The notes under the pieces are model-generated. The model was not told the DNA's origin, did not search any database, and saw only the letters and a list, made by a program, of their open reading frames with translations. A stretch of 64,000 bases of DNA, taken from positions 24,142,560 to 24,206,559 of the forward strand of contig NC_134027.1 of assembly GCF_964204645.1 (NCBI RefSeq), given 5' to 3'. Positions within the stretch are counted from its first letter, which is position 1, and every line of letters starts with the position of its first letter. Shown in pieces: positions 11,881-24,989 of the stretch. Origin of the DNA: Tubulanus polymorphus (Eukaryota > Animalia > Nemertea). The translations under genes were made by a program, and so were the position numbers.

Positions 11881-13111
11881 CTGCAGTAAGGTATGCAAGG
11901 CGCATTGGGGTTAGGGCTAGTTTTGTATATCAACTTCAGTTGCTGCTAATGTAAATATAGAAAATTGAAGTCAGTTCAGATTTTACAGTTATATGGATTG
12001 AAATAGAAAATATGTTATATTTTCCGGAATATGACCAGCTGTTATATTGGTGACATGTGTCGTCCATCCGGTTACGGGCGGTTCATCAAAGTATTCAATC
12101 CTTAGAAACCTACGGCATCTGGATTGAGAACATGTTTATACATAGATTGAACCTACATCAAGCTTTAAGTCAAAATGAAAACAGTCAAACCAGATTAAGC
12201 AGGTTTGACCGTAGTATTTGAGCCAAATAAGGGACTTTTTTCCTTGTTAGTGTATAAAGCCGTGATGGCCGGGTTCAAACGTGTATGTCTCCTCTATAAA
12301 GCCATTGAGGGGCAGCTCAACCACCCAGCTACTGCTGATTTCTAACTTCGAACACAAAGGTAATATGAAATAACTTCATACGTCTTATCGGCAGACTTAG
12401 AAACAACCCGCAGCGTCAGAAATCTAGTTATTATTGGACTCTAAATCATCTGAAATGATAACAATAAGCTTGAAAAACATCAGCTGAAACAATAGATATG
12501 AATCTCGTAAGAAAGCGGGTATTATCATATCGCTACCTGAGATCTTTTTTCGAGTCAGATTTATTCATGTTTTTTTAAACGTACATCGTTGATCTCGTTA
12601 CACGGACCTCACATGGCGCGTTACCTTTTTCCTACTCGCACCGATCCAGACAATACAAAGATATAAAAATACATATTTGCGAATTTGATACGCATCGTCT
12701 GTAACTTTATCTGAAAGCATTTGTTTGAAATGTTCGCACGTATTTTTTCCCATGGTTTCCACGCGTTGTTATACGACGATTGAAGTTATTTATGATTTCG
12801 ACGTGGGTTTCATTGACCGGTTTTAGCTTTGATTCATGGGGTACTAAAACACGATCCAGTTTCATAGTTCCCTTGGTTGAAATTTGACTAGCGATAAAAT
12901 ATTGAAAATGAACTAGACTCTGATTGACGCTTATCTCTTGGAGGTATGCGTATTTCATGGCATTAGGGACAGGGATGTGTCATTATCATGATGAATTGGA
13001 GTAAGCAGATTTTTAAAATATTGCCAGGCGGGGCACGCAATAATTCCAGGCAATCGACTCCTGCATAAATAAAGTACACACAGTATGGTGTTATTTGAGT
13101 TTCAACACGAA

Positions 13112-13454
13112 CAGGGTGGCCTCTTACCTGGAAAACCTGGAAAACTCAGTAAAATCTAGAAAAAGTTGGGCAAAATTCAGGGAATTTGACAAAATTTTAC
13201 AAAAAAAGCTGGAAGATTCAGGGAATCAGAAAAATCTAGAAAAAATCAGGGAATTTGCCATAAACCTGGAAAACTCAGGGAATACGGATAATGCTATTGA
13301 CCGTGTGTTTTATTATGACAATGTGATTCAATGAAAAATGAATAAATTATAACATTTTATACCAATAGATTTCTCTGATTCACTCGGGGAATTTTGTGTA
13401 ATAACATGGAAAAATCAAGGAAAACTCAGAGAATTTGAAAATGGCGCCACCCTG
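13112..13454. mobile_element. MITE (family C) with TIR cagggtggc/gccaccctg
   Basis: Inverted termini, internal cctggaaaactcagggaa subrepeats; copies at 28785-29054, 32800-33062, 39340-39683, 56548-56745. Confidence 0.8.
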
Positions 13455-13512
13455 CTGGAATATTTCCCGAATTCACGGATAAGATATCGGAATCGTTTCT
13501 ATTTTTCCGCAG

Positions 13513-13827
13513 GTCGATGTCGCTCCGGCGAAACAGTCGAAGATCCGCGCGTACGGACCGGGACTCGAGGGCGGAATCGTCGGATGTTCGGCGGACTTCG
13601 TCGTCGAAACGAACGGCGAGACGGGCGCGTTGAATTTCTCGATCGAGGGCCCGTCGCAGGCGAAGATCGACGTGCACGACATCGGCGACGGTTCGGCAGA
13701 CGTGAAATACTGGCCGACGATCTCCGGCGAGTACGCCGTGCACGTGCTGTGCAACGAGGAGGATATACCCGGCTCGCCGTTTATGGCTCAGATTCAACCA
13801 ACCAGCGCCACCTGCAATCCAGCCCTG
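13513..13827 (+). CDS. FLN: Filamin exon, Ig4-equivalent
   Basis: ccgcAG|gtcgat...ctg|GTcagt; [15 protein letters not shown]...[10 protein letters not shown]. Confidence 0.95.
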
Positions 13828-14420
13828 GTCAGTATTTCATCTTATGATAACGCACAGTACAATGCGGGCAATTGAATATATTCAATAGTTTTAGATTACC
13901 GAGAAGATATGATTTATGCAAAACATTCCTTCAGGCTTATTCTAAAATCTGTTTCAAATGAATAAATAATGGGGACAATCCCTATTTTAAGATAAAAAAA
14001 TCTGTTTCTACAGTATACACCTGACTATGACTACGTTTGAGAGTAGTTTCTACTCTTTTTAACCTATTCGCCCTCAAGTCACCCTCATTCGCCCTGTCTA
14101 CTACTCCTCAAGACACCTGAATCTGCCTTCAGTCATCTGCCCTGCCTATTAGGCTATTACTCCTCAAGCCACCTGAGTCCACCTTCAGTCTGGTCTGTTC
14201 CGACCCCGCAAGAAGAGCAGGGTACCCACTGACCCTAGAAAACTCGGAAGCTGAACAATTTTAGAAAAATTCATGGAATTCCTAATCCACACCCAAGTGG
14301 CACCCCTAAAATGATTTAAAATATCAAAAATATATATTTCTGATCATTGAAAATAATTTCAAAGAAAGTTAAAAGTTAAGTTTATTTCACACATGGTTTA
14401 TTCTACATTCGTTTGTGTAG

Positions 14421-14678
14421 GTGAAAGCATACGGACCCGGTCTGCGTCAGTCGGGCGTCGCGCCCAACGTCTGGGCCGAATTCACAGTCGACACTCGCGA
14501 GGCCGGAACCGGCAAATTGAACATCTCGTGTCTGGACGTGAACTGTAACCCTCTCGACGTGCAGGTTCTCGATAACCGTGACGGAACCTACAGCTGCCGA
14601 TATTTGCCGAAGAAAACCGTCAAACATACGATTCTTATTTCGTTCGCCGATACGAACATACCAGAAAGTCCATTCAGG
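14421..14678 (+). CDS. FLN: Filamin exon, Ig5-equivalent
   Basis: gtgtAG|gtgaaa...agg|GTaagt; VKAYGPGLRQSG...IPESPFR. Confidence 0.95.
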
Positions 14679-15112
14679 GTAAGTCCAGTGATGACTGGTT
14701 TTTTCTGATCCGTGAATTGGTTGTCAGCGTCTGTTATAGCCACAATCACATGGAAACTATTTGACCCCCGTGAAACTGGTCCGGACCAGATGCGAGTCAT
14801 GTTGGGTCCGCGTTTACTAAGCGCGTTCACACGTAAAATGACTTGTTACTTAAATGCTATAAAAACGATGTTGTGGCATGTTAGGTGATTCACTTCCAGA
14901 ACCAGTTAATATTCTCACCAAATATTTTAATATGGTCCTGGTCTGACATGTAGTTGGGCAAAAATTTGGCCGCATCAACCAGATACAAACTAATTTATCA
15001 CTCAGTCACAGTTTTAGTATGGATGTGAATACCTGGTATTCTTTAGACTCAGTTCATTGTAGATGATTCAATCAGTTGTCTCAGTGCTCATCAGTTTACC
15101 ATTGTTTTGTAG

Positions 15113-15233
15113 GTAAACGTATCTGAAGTATCTAAACCTCAGGAAGTGAAAGTCTACGGACCCGGTATCGAGAAGGGAGTCAAAATGCACGAACCGACTT
15201 ACTTCGTGGTCGACTGCAAGAAGGCTGGTCCAG
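15113..15233 (+). CDS. FLN: Filamin exon, Ig6 N-part
   Basis: ttgtAG|gtaaac...ccag|GTaaat; [29 protein letters not shown]. Confidence 0.93.
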
Positions 15234-15259
15234 GTAAATCCTAATCTAAAAAACACAGT

Positions 15260-15530
15260 TTTATGATGTCATCAGGTTCGATATTGCAAGTGAGGGAGGA
15301 ATGTGGCAAAGTCTCATGATGCCATCAGGTTCAAATCCCTGTGAAAGAGGAATGTGGCAAAGTCTCATGATGCCATAAGATTCAAATCCATTCCGTGTCG
15401 TAGGAACGTGGCAGAGTGTCATGATGCAATCAGGTTCAAACCCTTACAATGGAGGAATGCGGCAAAGTCTCATGATGCAATCAAATTCAAATCCCTGAAA
15501 GGGAGGAACTTGGCATGATGTCATCGGTTT
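15260..15530 (+). repeat. ~55-60 bp tandem repeat with Pol III A/B-box-like motifs
   Basis: ggaatgtggcaaagtctcatgatgccatcaggttcaaatccc repeated about 5 times; single relatives near 49645-49690 (minus) and 50195-50235. Confidence 0.75.
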
Positions 15531-15627
15531 GATTCTGAAAACTACCAGTAGTTGCCCGAGCGGCGTTCATTGTATGTAAAAAAACTGTAAGAAAAATCGA
15601 TTGACCAGGTTATGTATTTGATTGTAG

Positions 15628-15852
15628 GTGATGTCGCGATCGCTCTGACTGATGATAAAGGAATTGACGTCCCTGTCGAGACGGTCGATAATAAAGACGG
15701 AACGTTCACCATACAGTATCAACCGTACACAACTGGTACCTACACCGCGTCAGTATTCTTCGCCGAGAAAAAAGTGCCGCAGAGTCCGATCAAAATCGAA
15801 GTGGCGCCGAGCTGCGACGTCAGCAAGGTGTTCATCGACGGCCTCGAACCGA
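15628..15852 (+). CDS. FLN: Filamin exon, Ig6 C-part
   Basis: ttgtAG|gtgatg...ccga|GTaagt; DVAIALTDDKG...VPQSPIKIEV. Confidence 0.93.
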
Positions 15853-15980
15853 GTAAGTTCATTTGATCGTTCGTTCTCTTCGTTCCGGGGCAGTTCATCT
15901 GGTGGCGTTGAAAAAGTCCCAACGCGATGAAATGAATTCGAAACAAAACTGAATTATTTACATGTGTATATTAATTCTCG

Positions 15981-16290
15981 ACCTTGATTCATTGTACCTT
16001 GATTCAGTGTACCTTGATTCAGCGTACTGTGAATCGGTCAGTATACCCTGATTCACTGTACCTCAATACACTGTACCCTGATTTGGTATACATTGACTCT
16101 GAGTACCTTGATTCGGTTTACCTTGATTCGGTATACCTTGATTTGGTTTACTTTGATTCGATGTAACAAGACTCAGTGTACCTAGATTCACTGTACCTCA
16201 ATACACTGTACCTTGATTCAGTGTACCTTGATTCAGAGTACTTCGGTTCAAGGTACCTTGATTCAGTGTACCCTAATCCACTGTACCGTG
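15981..16290. repeat. ~15-bp minisatellite (taccttgattcagtg)
   Basis: About 20 diverged copies. Confidence 0.9.
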
Positions 16291-17216
16291 AAGATCAGAA
16301 CTTTGATATCTGATTGAAGTTTAGTTTTCTCGATATATCATCATATCATTGCTAATTGGGACTTATTCAATTCATACTTCTTTGATGCCGGTGTCTATAA
16401 CGTATTTTATATTAGTGAATCTGCTACATCATTTAGTCAAACTATCACATTTTCTTAACTCGGAAAACCTTCACAAGTTTCCGATGAAAATATTTTATGC
16501 ATTAAATATGTAGATTGATTTATCTTTTATCGAGATCTATTGTTCAAGACAAACTATTATTTTCGATCATATTCTTAATTATTACTTTTTACTTTGATGT
16601 AATTTTTTTTTAAATACGCGCTAAGATGGAAGAATGCTTCGTATCCTAATAAAATGAGAAAAATCTTATGATTTTTTTTGCGGTTACAAAGCGAGCACAT
16701 GTGTCGTCAGTCTAAAATTTTTACTGAAGAAGGATGGTAGGAAATATATTTCTATTCTATCCTAAATATTTCTAATATCTTAAATAGACTTTTTAGTCAC
16801 CCAACAATTGTGAGATTTTACATTTATTGTTTCATCGCGGAAATGGTAATCTTACTGATCAGTCTTAATATATATCGGTCTTTGAGGCCCAATATTGAGG
16901 GTTGACTGCTCTAGATCATGACTGGTAGACGGATATTAATCTCAGAGTTAATGAGCAAAACCCACAGTTGATGATTTAAAAGTTTATTCACACAGTTTCA
17001 AAATTTTGACTAAATTTGTAAATAAATTGTTAAGTCATCAAGTGAGGTTTGCTCATTTACTCTAGATCAGTTTTCTGAGGACGAATATATTTTTATGCCA
17101 TCACATTGTGCTCGCTGTAACCCCGAAAAGCTTTACATTGAGAAATGTTGTTAATTCGGTGGAGTTTATTTATGTTTATTATATTTCCCCCCTCTCGCTC
17201 CCCTCCCCTCCGATAG

Positions 17217-17828
17217 CTTACGAACTCGGCGTTGAAACTGACTTCGACGTCATCACAACGAACGCCGGCAAAAAACCGAAAGATGTCGTCGTCAACATCA
17301 CGAACCCGAAGGGCAAGGTAACAAAAGCCAAACTCGACGAACTAGACGACGGCTACATGGCGTCATTCAAGATGGCTGAAGTGGGTGTGCACACGATCGA
17401 GGTGGAAATCGGCGGCAAACCCGTGCCGGGAACGCCGCGTCGCATCGAATGCAAACCGAAAGGACAAGCCCCGCCCCCGACGCCGAAATCGGCGGCGCAG
17501 AAGGTGAAAGCGTACGGTGACGGTCTGAAGAAAGGCGTCACGAACAAACCGTGCGAGTTCACGATCGATACGCGCGAAGCGGGACCCGGCGCGCTCGGAC
17601 TGACCGTCGAGGGCCCGTGCGAGGCGAAGATCGACTGTAAGGACAACGGCGACGGAACGTGCGGCGTGAAATACCACCCGGTCGAACCCGGCGAGTACAC
17701 CGTCAATATCATGTACGCCGATGAGCACATACCGCGATCGCCGTTCAAGGCTCTGGTCGTGCCGCCCGGACGAGAGAACCTAGACGTCAGCGGGATACGC
17801 GTCACCGGACCAGGAGTCGAACCCGAGG
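17217..17828 (+). CDS. FLN: Filamin exon, Ig8-like and Ig9-like repeats plus start of the next
   Basis: cgatAG|cttac...gagg|GTatat; within ORF 17108-17974; KVKAYGDGLKKG...GLTVEGPCEAKIDC. Confidence 0.95.
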
Positions 17829-17979
17829 GTATATACACCTATCTACGCATGGTGTGTTCTTCTTACGATATAAGGCTGTCAAGTGACCCTAATTTTCCTC
17901 TTTTTTTTTACTGGATACTTCCTTCCTGTACCCTTTCCTATGATTTTTGTCTGTATTCTCTGAATTTGGATTGATCGCC

Positions 17980-18092
17980 AGGGCCCGGCTTAATAGACTA
18001 GTATTAACTATAACCCGGGGACTAACTTAATTCATTTTCAATTGAGTTAGCCCCCGGGTTAAAGATAATACCAGTCTATAAAACCAGGCCCT
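17980..18092. mobile_element. Palindromic MITE (agggcccgg...ccaggccct)
   Basis: Near-complete hairpin; relative at 60803-60921. Confidence 0.7.
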
Positions 18093-18987
18093 GTAGTGTT
18101 TCTCTTGTGAGACATGTGAAAGTACCGGGGTATATCAAATTTGCCCTTTCTTTTTTGTCAACGAAGAAGATGTTTGGTGAATTTCAGTGCAAGAGTGCCC
18201 CTTAAACTAATATTGTCTTTTTGAGACATTAAAGCGCCCTTTTGGGATGTGACAATTTATTCAAAATTAGCCCCTCAGTGTGGAAGTACACATAACCTTG
18301 CCTTTATGCACATCCAAGTACCCTTTTGAGTGTGACCAAGTCCTTCAAAATTGGCCTCTGGATCCCCACCCCTGAACAGATTAAATTCCTCGTACTTTAT
18401 GCCGGGTCCAGCCATCTAAAATCCCAACTTGCCAAGTAGAATATTCGATCTACCTTTTGGGACCACTTGACAGCCTGATATACTAACAATAGGGGGCGGT
18501 AGTAGAGCGTGCACGCGAATGTGTCTCCTTCTCCTGTCAATCTCTTGATCGTCGATTGTTCTATAAAATCATCATCACCGGCGAATGAAATTATCTAGAA
18601 TGTATATTATTTGATTTACATGAAATAATCGTTCGAATTAATATTGCATGAATATTGTTGATTTTTCTGCAGCACTTATTTTTAGACGAGCATGGAAATA
18701 TTTTACGACCCCCGGTTCCACAGTGGACGGTTTATATTCGACTGCTCGAGTCAAATGCTTGAAAATGATCAGATCATCGCTCCGAAACTTTTTTCGAAAA
18801 TGAGAGAGTTATAATTCCTCCAGGATTTGCTAACATTTGCCTCTGGAGTCGTATGTTTGAACCTGATCATATTATGACTCCATAGCTATGACTCTATTCA
18901 AAGCGATGACTCCGGTATTGTCTAACATTTGACCTCGGAGTCGAATTTAGAAAATCGACTTATTATGAATCAATACAGAGTTTAACG

Positions 18988-19086
18988 GAACGATAACCAC
19001 ACTCAAACGTGTTGAACGGATAATAAGATAAAAACCCACTATCTACAGATCTTTTAATCTGTAGATAGTGGATTTTAATCTTATAA
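18988..19086. mobile_element. Centrally deleted copy of the 61345-61605 palindromic element
   Basis: gaacgataaccacactcaaacgtg...ataagataaaaacccactatctacagat is the reverse complement of the 61540-61605 end. Confidence 0.7.
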
Positions 19087-21054
19087 CAGAGTTTAACGGT
19101 TTGGAGTGAAATTTTGTATGTTTTTACTCTTCAATCTGAAGGTTTGAAATTGTATCTGGAGTCAAATATATGTAAAAATGAACTAATTATGACTCTCGGA
19201 GTCGACTCAACGACTGTGGAACTGTTTTCTGTGTTAACATGTTACTTACTGCACGTATATACGCAATTTCAGATCCCGTTGATCTTAACATGAAATAGAA
19301 TAGCTCTTCATATTTGTAGCACTAAGAACCCGATCGTGGCGGGCTAGGCTAAACTTAGAGTTTAAAAAATGAAAAACAAACAGTTTTTCAGGAGGGGAAC
19401 GTAAATAATTTGCGTGGGTAACAAAAAACCTCGGCAAAATAAGCGATGGTGTTGTTTTGATCAGAAATTTCTCTTACCCAGGGGGAGAGGTATGTGTACC
19501 TCTTCATAGATACGTAACACTGTTTACTCCCTTTCGCCCTCGCACTTCTGTCATAAGATACAATTGCTTATCATTCCCTCCTACGTGGGAAATATTTGCA
19601 ATGACTTTCACGAGGAAAGAGAAAATATCGCGAAAGAAAATCCATTGTTTGTTCCTAAGGAACTGGTCTGTATTCTAGTCTACAGATAGACTGGGTGGCT
19701 GTATAAGATACGCCCGGTGTCTGGAAAATATGAAGATACTCTGGTGTTTTCTACCTCAGTATTTGATATATTATTTATTTTTGAATGGTTCTAGGATTTT
19801 GTAAAAACTTTTGAACAACTGACCCCAAACTTTGAATTGTTTCTGGTTTCCATTTTCCCAGGGTTTCAATTAATTGTGCACAAAATTCATGTTTTTAACT
19901 TGTAAAAACTCTGCCCTACCGGCGGTACTGCCACAGTTGTTTTGATTGAAGACCTTAGTGACCTCTATCGTATGTGAAGCAAATGAAATAACAGCGAAGA
20001 GGTATGAATACGTTCAAACCATCAGGTGATGGGTGTTCACGTGAACTTATCTTTATGGCCAAAACCCTGAGAATAGCCGTATTGGATATAGGGGTTTGTG
20101 AGATCTGACTTAAGAGGAGTGTTATGCATAGATATGACTCGAATAGGAAATTTTTGAAAAGATCTCTGACTGAGTATAATTTCGAACCCAGTATTCCAGT
20201 AATTCAGACACTAGTCAATTGTATGATAGAATGTGAAAGATGAGGTATATATTCGCTATGTTATCACCCGCCCACCCTCTCTTAGCACCACATACTCATC
20301 AATACTCTATCTCTCTCAATAGGAATGGGGTTTAATATGAATCTAAACAGATCATAATGCTGCAAATATCATACAGCACGACTATAATGTTATCGTAACT
20401 GATGTTCATGTATCTGATTACCACCCCTTGAGAATGCTGCCGGCACCCAGCTCTACAGTTGTGGAAGTTAAAATCATATCATGAAATTGAGTCCTTTGCT
20501 CCTTGCGACTAGTTGTGCAATTATGGCATAGATTCAACAACTTAAGATCAGTCTGTTCTAAGATCATTACTTAAGACCAGTCTAATTAAGCTCATTTTAG
20601 TTCTATTGCCAATCTTACAGATCACTTTAAGCTACTTGTGGTTCTATGATCGATCTTACATCTTTTTCAAAATTATTTTTGGACTCGGCTAGTAACGACT
20701 GTGCAACTGGTCCCTGAAATCAAAACTAACCACAACCAATCAAAAAATCATTTAAGTTTGATTTAATCTATTTCATAATAACATCGGAATGATTTTCTTG
20801 AAGATTAGTAGAAATATTTTATGATTGACGCATGCGCCATAAAATCAGTTACTGACATTTATTAAATGTTTTTTCAAAAATAACTACGAGCAAATGTTTA
20901 CGTAGGAATCATTGAATGTGATTAGAATATCAAGAATTTTCAAAGAAAAAAAATTCATTTTCAGAAATATTAAGATTCTTATTAGAATGAATTTCACCTC
21001 AAATTTCGCCAATTTTTACTTTGAAAATAATTTTTTTCATTGATTGTTTTGCAG

Positions 21055-21228
21055 GAGTATTTTTGGAATCATTGACCGATTTCACGGTCGACGCGCGATC
21101 GGTGACTCGTACCGGCGATGGCAAGGTCAAGGCCATTCTGACGAATCCTCAGGGAGTGAAATACGACACGATCGTCAATAACAACAAGGACGGCACGTAC
21201 AAGGTCAACTATACTCCGTTCGAACAAG
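21055..21228 (+). CDS. FLN: Filamin exon, Ig11-equivalent
   Basis: ttgcAG|gagtat...caag|GTaagc; GVFLESLTDFTVDARSVTRTG. Confidence 0.95.
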
Positions 21229-21721
21229 GTAAGCAGCGGCGGTTTTTATTCGCGGACCAACCTTCACCCAAAAGGACAAGTTCCTAAATTGATTTTGGAA
21301 CAGCCAAGATCACATGGAGATAATTGAGTGGCACGGACCAGGCCCTAGTCATACTTGGCCCATGCTTGATTAGGGAGTAACACATAATCACTCACTTGAT
21401 ACGAAAATGCTATCAAAACAATGCTGTGGCAAGTGAGTCAAGTCACTCACAGTGTTCACTACCCTAACCCTTGTACCCTAACCAAATGGACCCGTTATAA
21501 ATGAATCGCCCATACATAATCTGGCACGGGGCAAACTTGACCTGGAATTTTTGGATGATCCCGATGCTTGTATGATCCCGACAAAGCAACAGCTTGCTTT
21601 ACTGAGAAGTTTAACTCCTAAAGCATAGCTGATGCAGCAAGAAGAACCTCAATCCTAAAACATAAAACAGATTTATTATTAAATCATTCTAAATAACGTG
21701 TTCGGTTTTTGTTCATTTCAG

Positions 21722-21832
21722 GAGAACATCAAATTGATGTAACATTCGAAGGTATGCCCGTACCGAACAGTCCGTTCAAGGTCAACGTGGTACCAGGATT
21801 CGACGCCAGTCGTGTCAAAGCTTACGGCCCAG
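21722..21832 (+). CDS. FLN: Filamin exon, Ig11 end / Ig12 start
   Basis: ttcAG|gagaac...ccag|GTaaat; GEHQIDVTFEGMPVPNSPFKVNV...VKAYGP. Confidence 0.93.
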
Positions 21833-22451
21833 GTAAATAGAGTTAGCTTCGTAGAATCCATCATTTTCTCTAAAATTTTCAAATCCCTTAAAGCCGAATT
21901 TTATCGCAGACCTGCAGAACCAAAGAATGGAAAAATCAAATTCGCTTAAGGCCTCGTAGTTGAGATGATCATTAGGTTGAAGACTAAAATGGCGACTTCA
22001 CCTTTCTGAATTGAATCGGAAATAGAAATTGGGACTCCTAAAGGGAAACAACTTCAGTAATGTGATGACTTATCCAATGACGACTTAATTGAGTTCGGCT
22101 GTAGAAAACTGATGATTCCCATTAACACGTCGGTAGCCAACCTCGATATCTCGTAGTTCCAGTTCTGCCATCATTGCCACTACGAGTTTTCACCCCTTCT
22201 TATATTCCCTGTTCGATATTTGCGCTCTGGCGCACAGGAATGACACGTTTCCTGATTTGCTGGCAATGTGAACAAGCTCATCTCCATTTCCAATGCTCAA
22301 TGATCAGTTGTGAAAAATGGCAGACTACATGACAGCTCTTTTGCCAACTACGAGATAACTTATAGTGGCAACCGCAGCACTGTATGACCGTGGAGGTAGC
22401 GATCATGTTCAGCTACAACAAGATAATGACAAACTGTTTTTATGAATGCAG

Positions 22452-22664
22452 GTTTGGAGGGAGGCAGCACTAACACCCCTCAGGTATTCACCGTCGAGAC
22501 GCGCGGCGCCGGTCAGGGAGGACTCGGTCTGTCGATCGAGGGCCCGTCCGAGGCTAAGATGACGTGTCGCGATAACCGCGACGGAAGCTGCACGGTCGAG
22601 TATCTGCCAGAGAAACCCGGAGAATACGACATCGGAGTGAAATTCGCTGAAACGCACGTGCCAG
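22452..22664 (+). CDS. FLN: Filamin exon, Ig12-equivalent
   Basis: tgcAG|gtttgg...ccag|GTagga; [27 protein letters not shown]. Confidence 0.95.
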
Positions 22665-23226
22665 GTAGGAATTACTGACACTCCCCCCTGAAAATAATCC
22701 CTATTTACATCAGGTGGGAGATCAAGCACTTTCAATCCTCAATTGAAATATTCATAATTTACAAGTTTGCAATATTAATCTAAATATCCCGAATAAATAT
22801 GATTTTAACTTATTATGGTTCATTGCGACTGGCCCCAGTAGTTTACGTACATTCAAAAATTTCCGTCAAATTTCATGGTTTTAAAAATAGATAGCAATCC
22901 AATGAACATTGATTTTAGGCAACATAAAAATGATATTAAATTTGAAAAATGTATTAATGAACTTGATGATGATTTACCGCCCAGTTTATTCCAATTTAGG
23001 ATTTCAATTTAGATTATCAAACTTTCGATAGAAACGATAGATTGTACTCTGCTTGTAATGTTTCGCTGATGAATCACATTCTATTTCTGATAGTATCTTA
23101 CTTGACGAACCCCGCACAATTCACTTGAATCCAAACAATTATAGTAACCCAGTGGGTTCATAAAGTATCTTACGTCTGATCGCCAAATTTCTGGTTTTAC
23201 GAATCTCTATTTCGGGTAATTCGCAG

Positions 23227-23397
23227 GAAGTCCGTTCCACGTCGGAATCCAGAATAAACTCGACCCGACGAAGGTGAAGGTTAGCGGACCGGGCGTCGAC
23301 CCGAACGGCGTACGTAATCTGCAGCCGACGTCGTTCACGATCGACACGATCGAGGCCGGTTCCGCGTTCTTAGAAGTGAATACGATCGATAAGAAAG
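23227..23397 (+). CDS. FLN: Filamin exon, Ig13 N-part
   Basis: tcgcAG|gaagtc...aaag|GTcagt; GSPFHVGIQNKLDPTKVKVSGPGV. Confidence 0.93.
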
Positions 23398-23540
23398 GTC
23401 AGTGATAATAACTTCACAGGTCAATTTCGTGAAAAACTTTTAACTTCTGCAATAATGGTGAAAACATCTCGTGCGTGTGTATCGGCCTGACTCGCGGTCG
23501 GTTTATCATTGTTTAGAAATATCCTTTTGATTTATAACAG

Positions 23541-23664
23541 GAAAGAAGAAGCCCGCTGAAGTGACCCCGGTCGGCGACGGTACCTACGACTGCACTTACA
23601 CCCCCGAAACTGAGGGACCGTGCAAAGTAGAGGTGAAATACGCCGACAAGCAGATCCCGGGAAG
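23541..23664 (+). CDS. FLN: Filamin exon, Ig13 C-part
   Basis: taacAG|gaaaga...gaag|GTaaga; GDGTYDCTYTPETEGPCKVEVKYADKQIPG. Confidence 0.93.
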
Positions 23665-24236
23665 GTAAGAATATCGAGCGTTCTGATTGAACGTAGCGTC
23701 AGGGTCTAGTTGAGCAGTCATGGTTATAAAACTCTTGTTTAATGTGATCGCCATGTTCAAATGTGACAATCAAGGATTCAGCTTGTGGCAAGTGAGGGTC
23801 CACAAGGTGTCGCCAGTGCTTATTCGGATTTCTTCTCGGATTCAATTAAGATTTATCCATAACTTCTCGAATTCTATGAATAATAGATAAAGATGGCGCT
23901 ATGTATGAACCTTAGAGATAAACCTGAGATCATTAGGATGCATCATTTGCCTAAAGTCTGATGTTGGAGGCTAAAAATCTAGGTGAAAGTTCTGAACTGA
24001 ATTTTGATACAGTTTGTCGTATTGATACACATACCATCTAGCGGGATAACTGGTCATTTGTTAGATTGGCTAGCCAAATTGAACTTTTCAAGTTTCATAG
24101 ATTTGTAGTCAAATCAAGGCTTATCCTGAGTTATATGCTTCTGGGTTAGTATTTGATAGCTACTGTTCCTTTATATAGGTATCAAATTTGCTCGTGGGGT
24201 TGAAAGATCTAAGTTGATTTTTTTTCGATTTTTCAG

Positions 24237-24390
24237 TCCATTCGGTACGAACATCTTACCCGCCCACGACGTAACGAAGGTTAAAGTCGACGGAACAGGA
24301 ATAAAACCTGAAGTTATGGCCAGTTTCCCGGTTACGTTCATGATCGACACGAGAGAAGCCGGAATCGCCGATTTAGAAGTTCAGATCCTT
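24237..24390 (+). CDS. FLN: Filamin exon, Ig14 N-part
   Basis: tttcAG|tcca...ctt|GTaagt; phase 2 to 0; HDVTKVKVDGTGIKP. Confidence 0.93.
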
Positions 24391-24799
24391 GTAAGTATAA
24401 ATACCCTGCGAAATGCTTCTGTGGCAAGTGAGGATCTACCAGGTTTCGCTAGTGTGCAGTAGGACATCAACTATTGCGACAATAGAGGATTCCTCTTGAA
24501 GTGAAGATCCACTGGGTGTCACTAGTGTGCTGTAGGACATCAACTGCTATGGCAATAGAGGATTCCACTTGTGGCAAGTGAGGTTCCTTGGTCTTCCACA
24601 CTTGCAATAACTCCTCCATGTTTGATATCAAATTAACTTATCTATTAGAAGTAAATCATTTATCAATGAAAACTTGTAAAATCAGTTCAAAGTTGAAAAA
24701 GATGAACTGATTTTGACAATGTAAAATCATCTGTTAGTTACGCCATCTGGTGATATAGCCGGAGTATCAGTACCTCAATTCGATATGTTTCTGTTACAG

Positions 24800-24989
24800 G
24801 ACCCGACCGGTCAGCCGGTTCGACCTCAGATCCTGGATAACGGCGACGGCACGTACACGGTCGCCTACACCCCCGAGGACGTCGGAACGTACCAAATCAC
24901 CGTGAAATTCGGCGGCCAACCCGTGCCGAAAGCTCCGTTCAAAGTCGCGTCGAAACGGTGCGGTGACGCGAAAAAATGTTTCATCACAG
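24800..24989 (+). CDS. FLN: Filamin exon, Ig14 C-part
   Basis: ttacAG|gacccg...acag|GTatgt; DNGDGTYTVAYTPEDVG. Confidence 0.95.

Noticed and set aside
19392-19489. AG/GT-bounded 9-nt (19392-19400) and 8-nt (19482-19489) segments
   Set aside because: The first has a very short pyrimidine tract and the second breaks frame; both could occur by chance.
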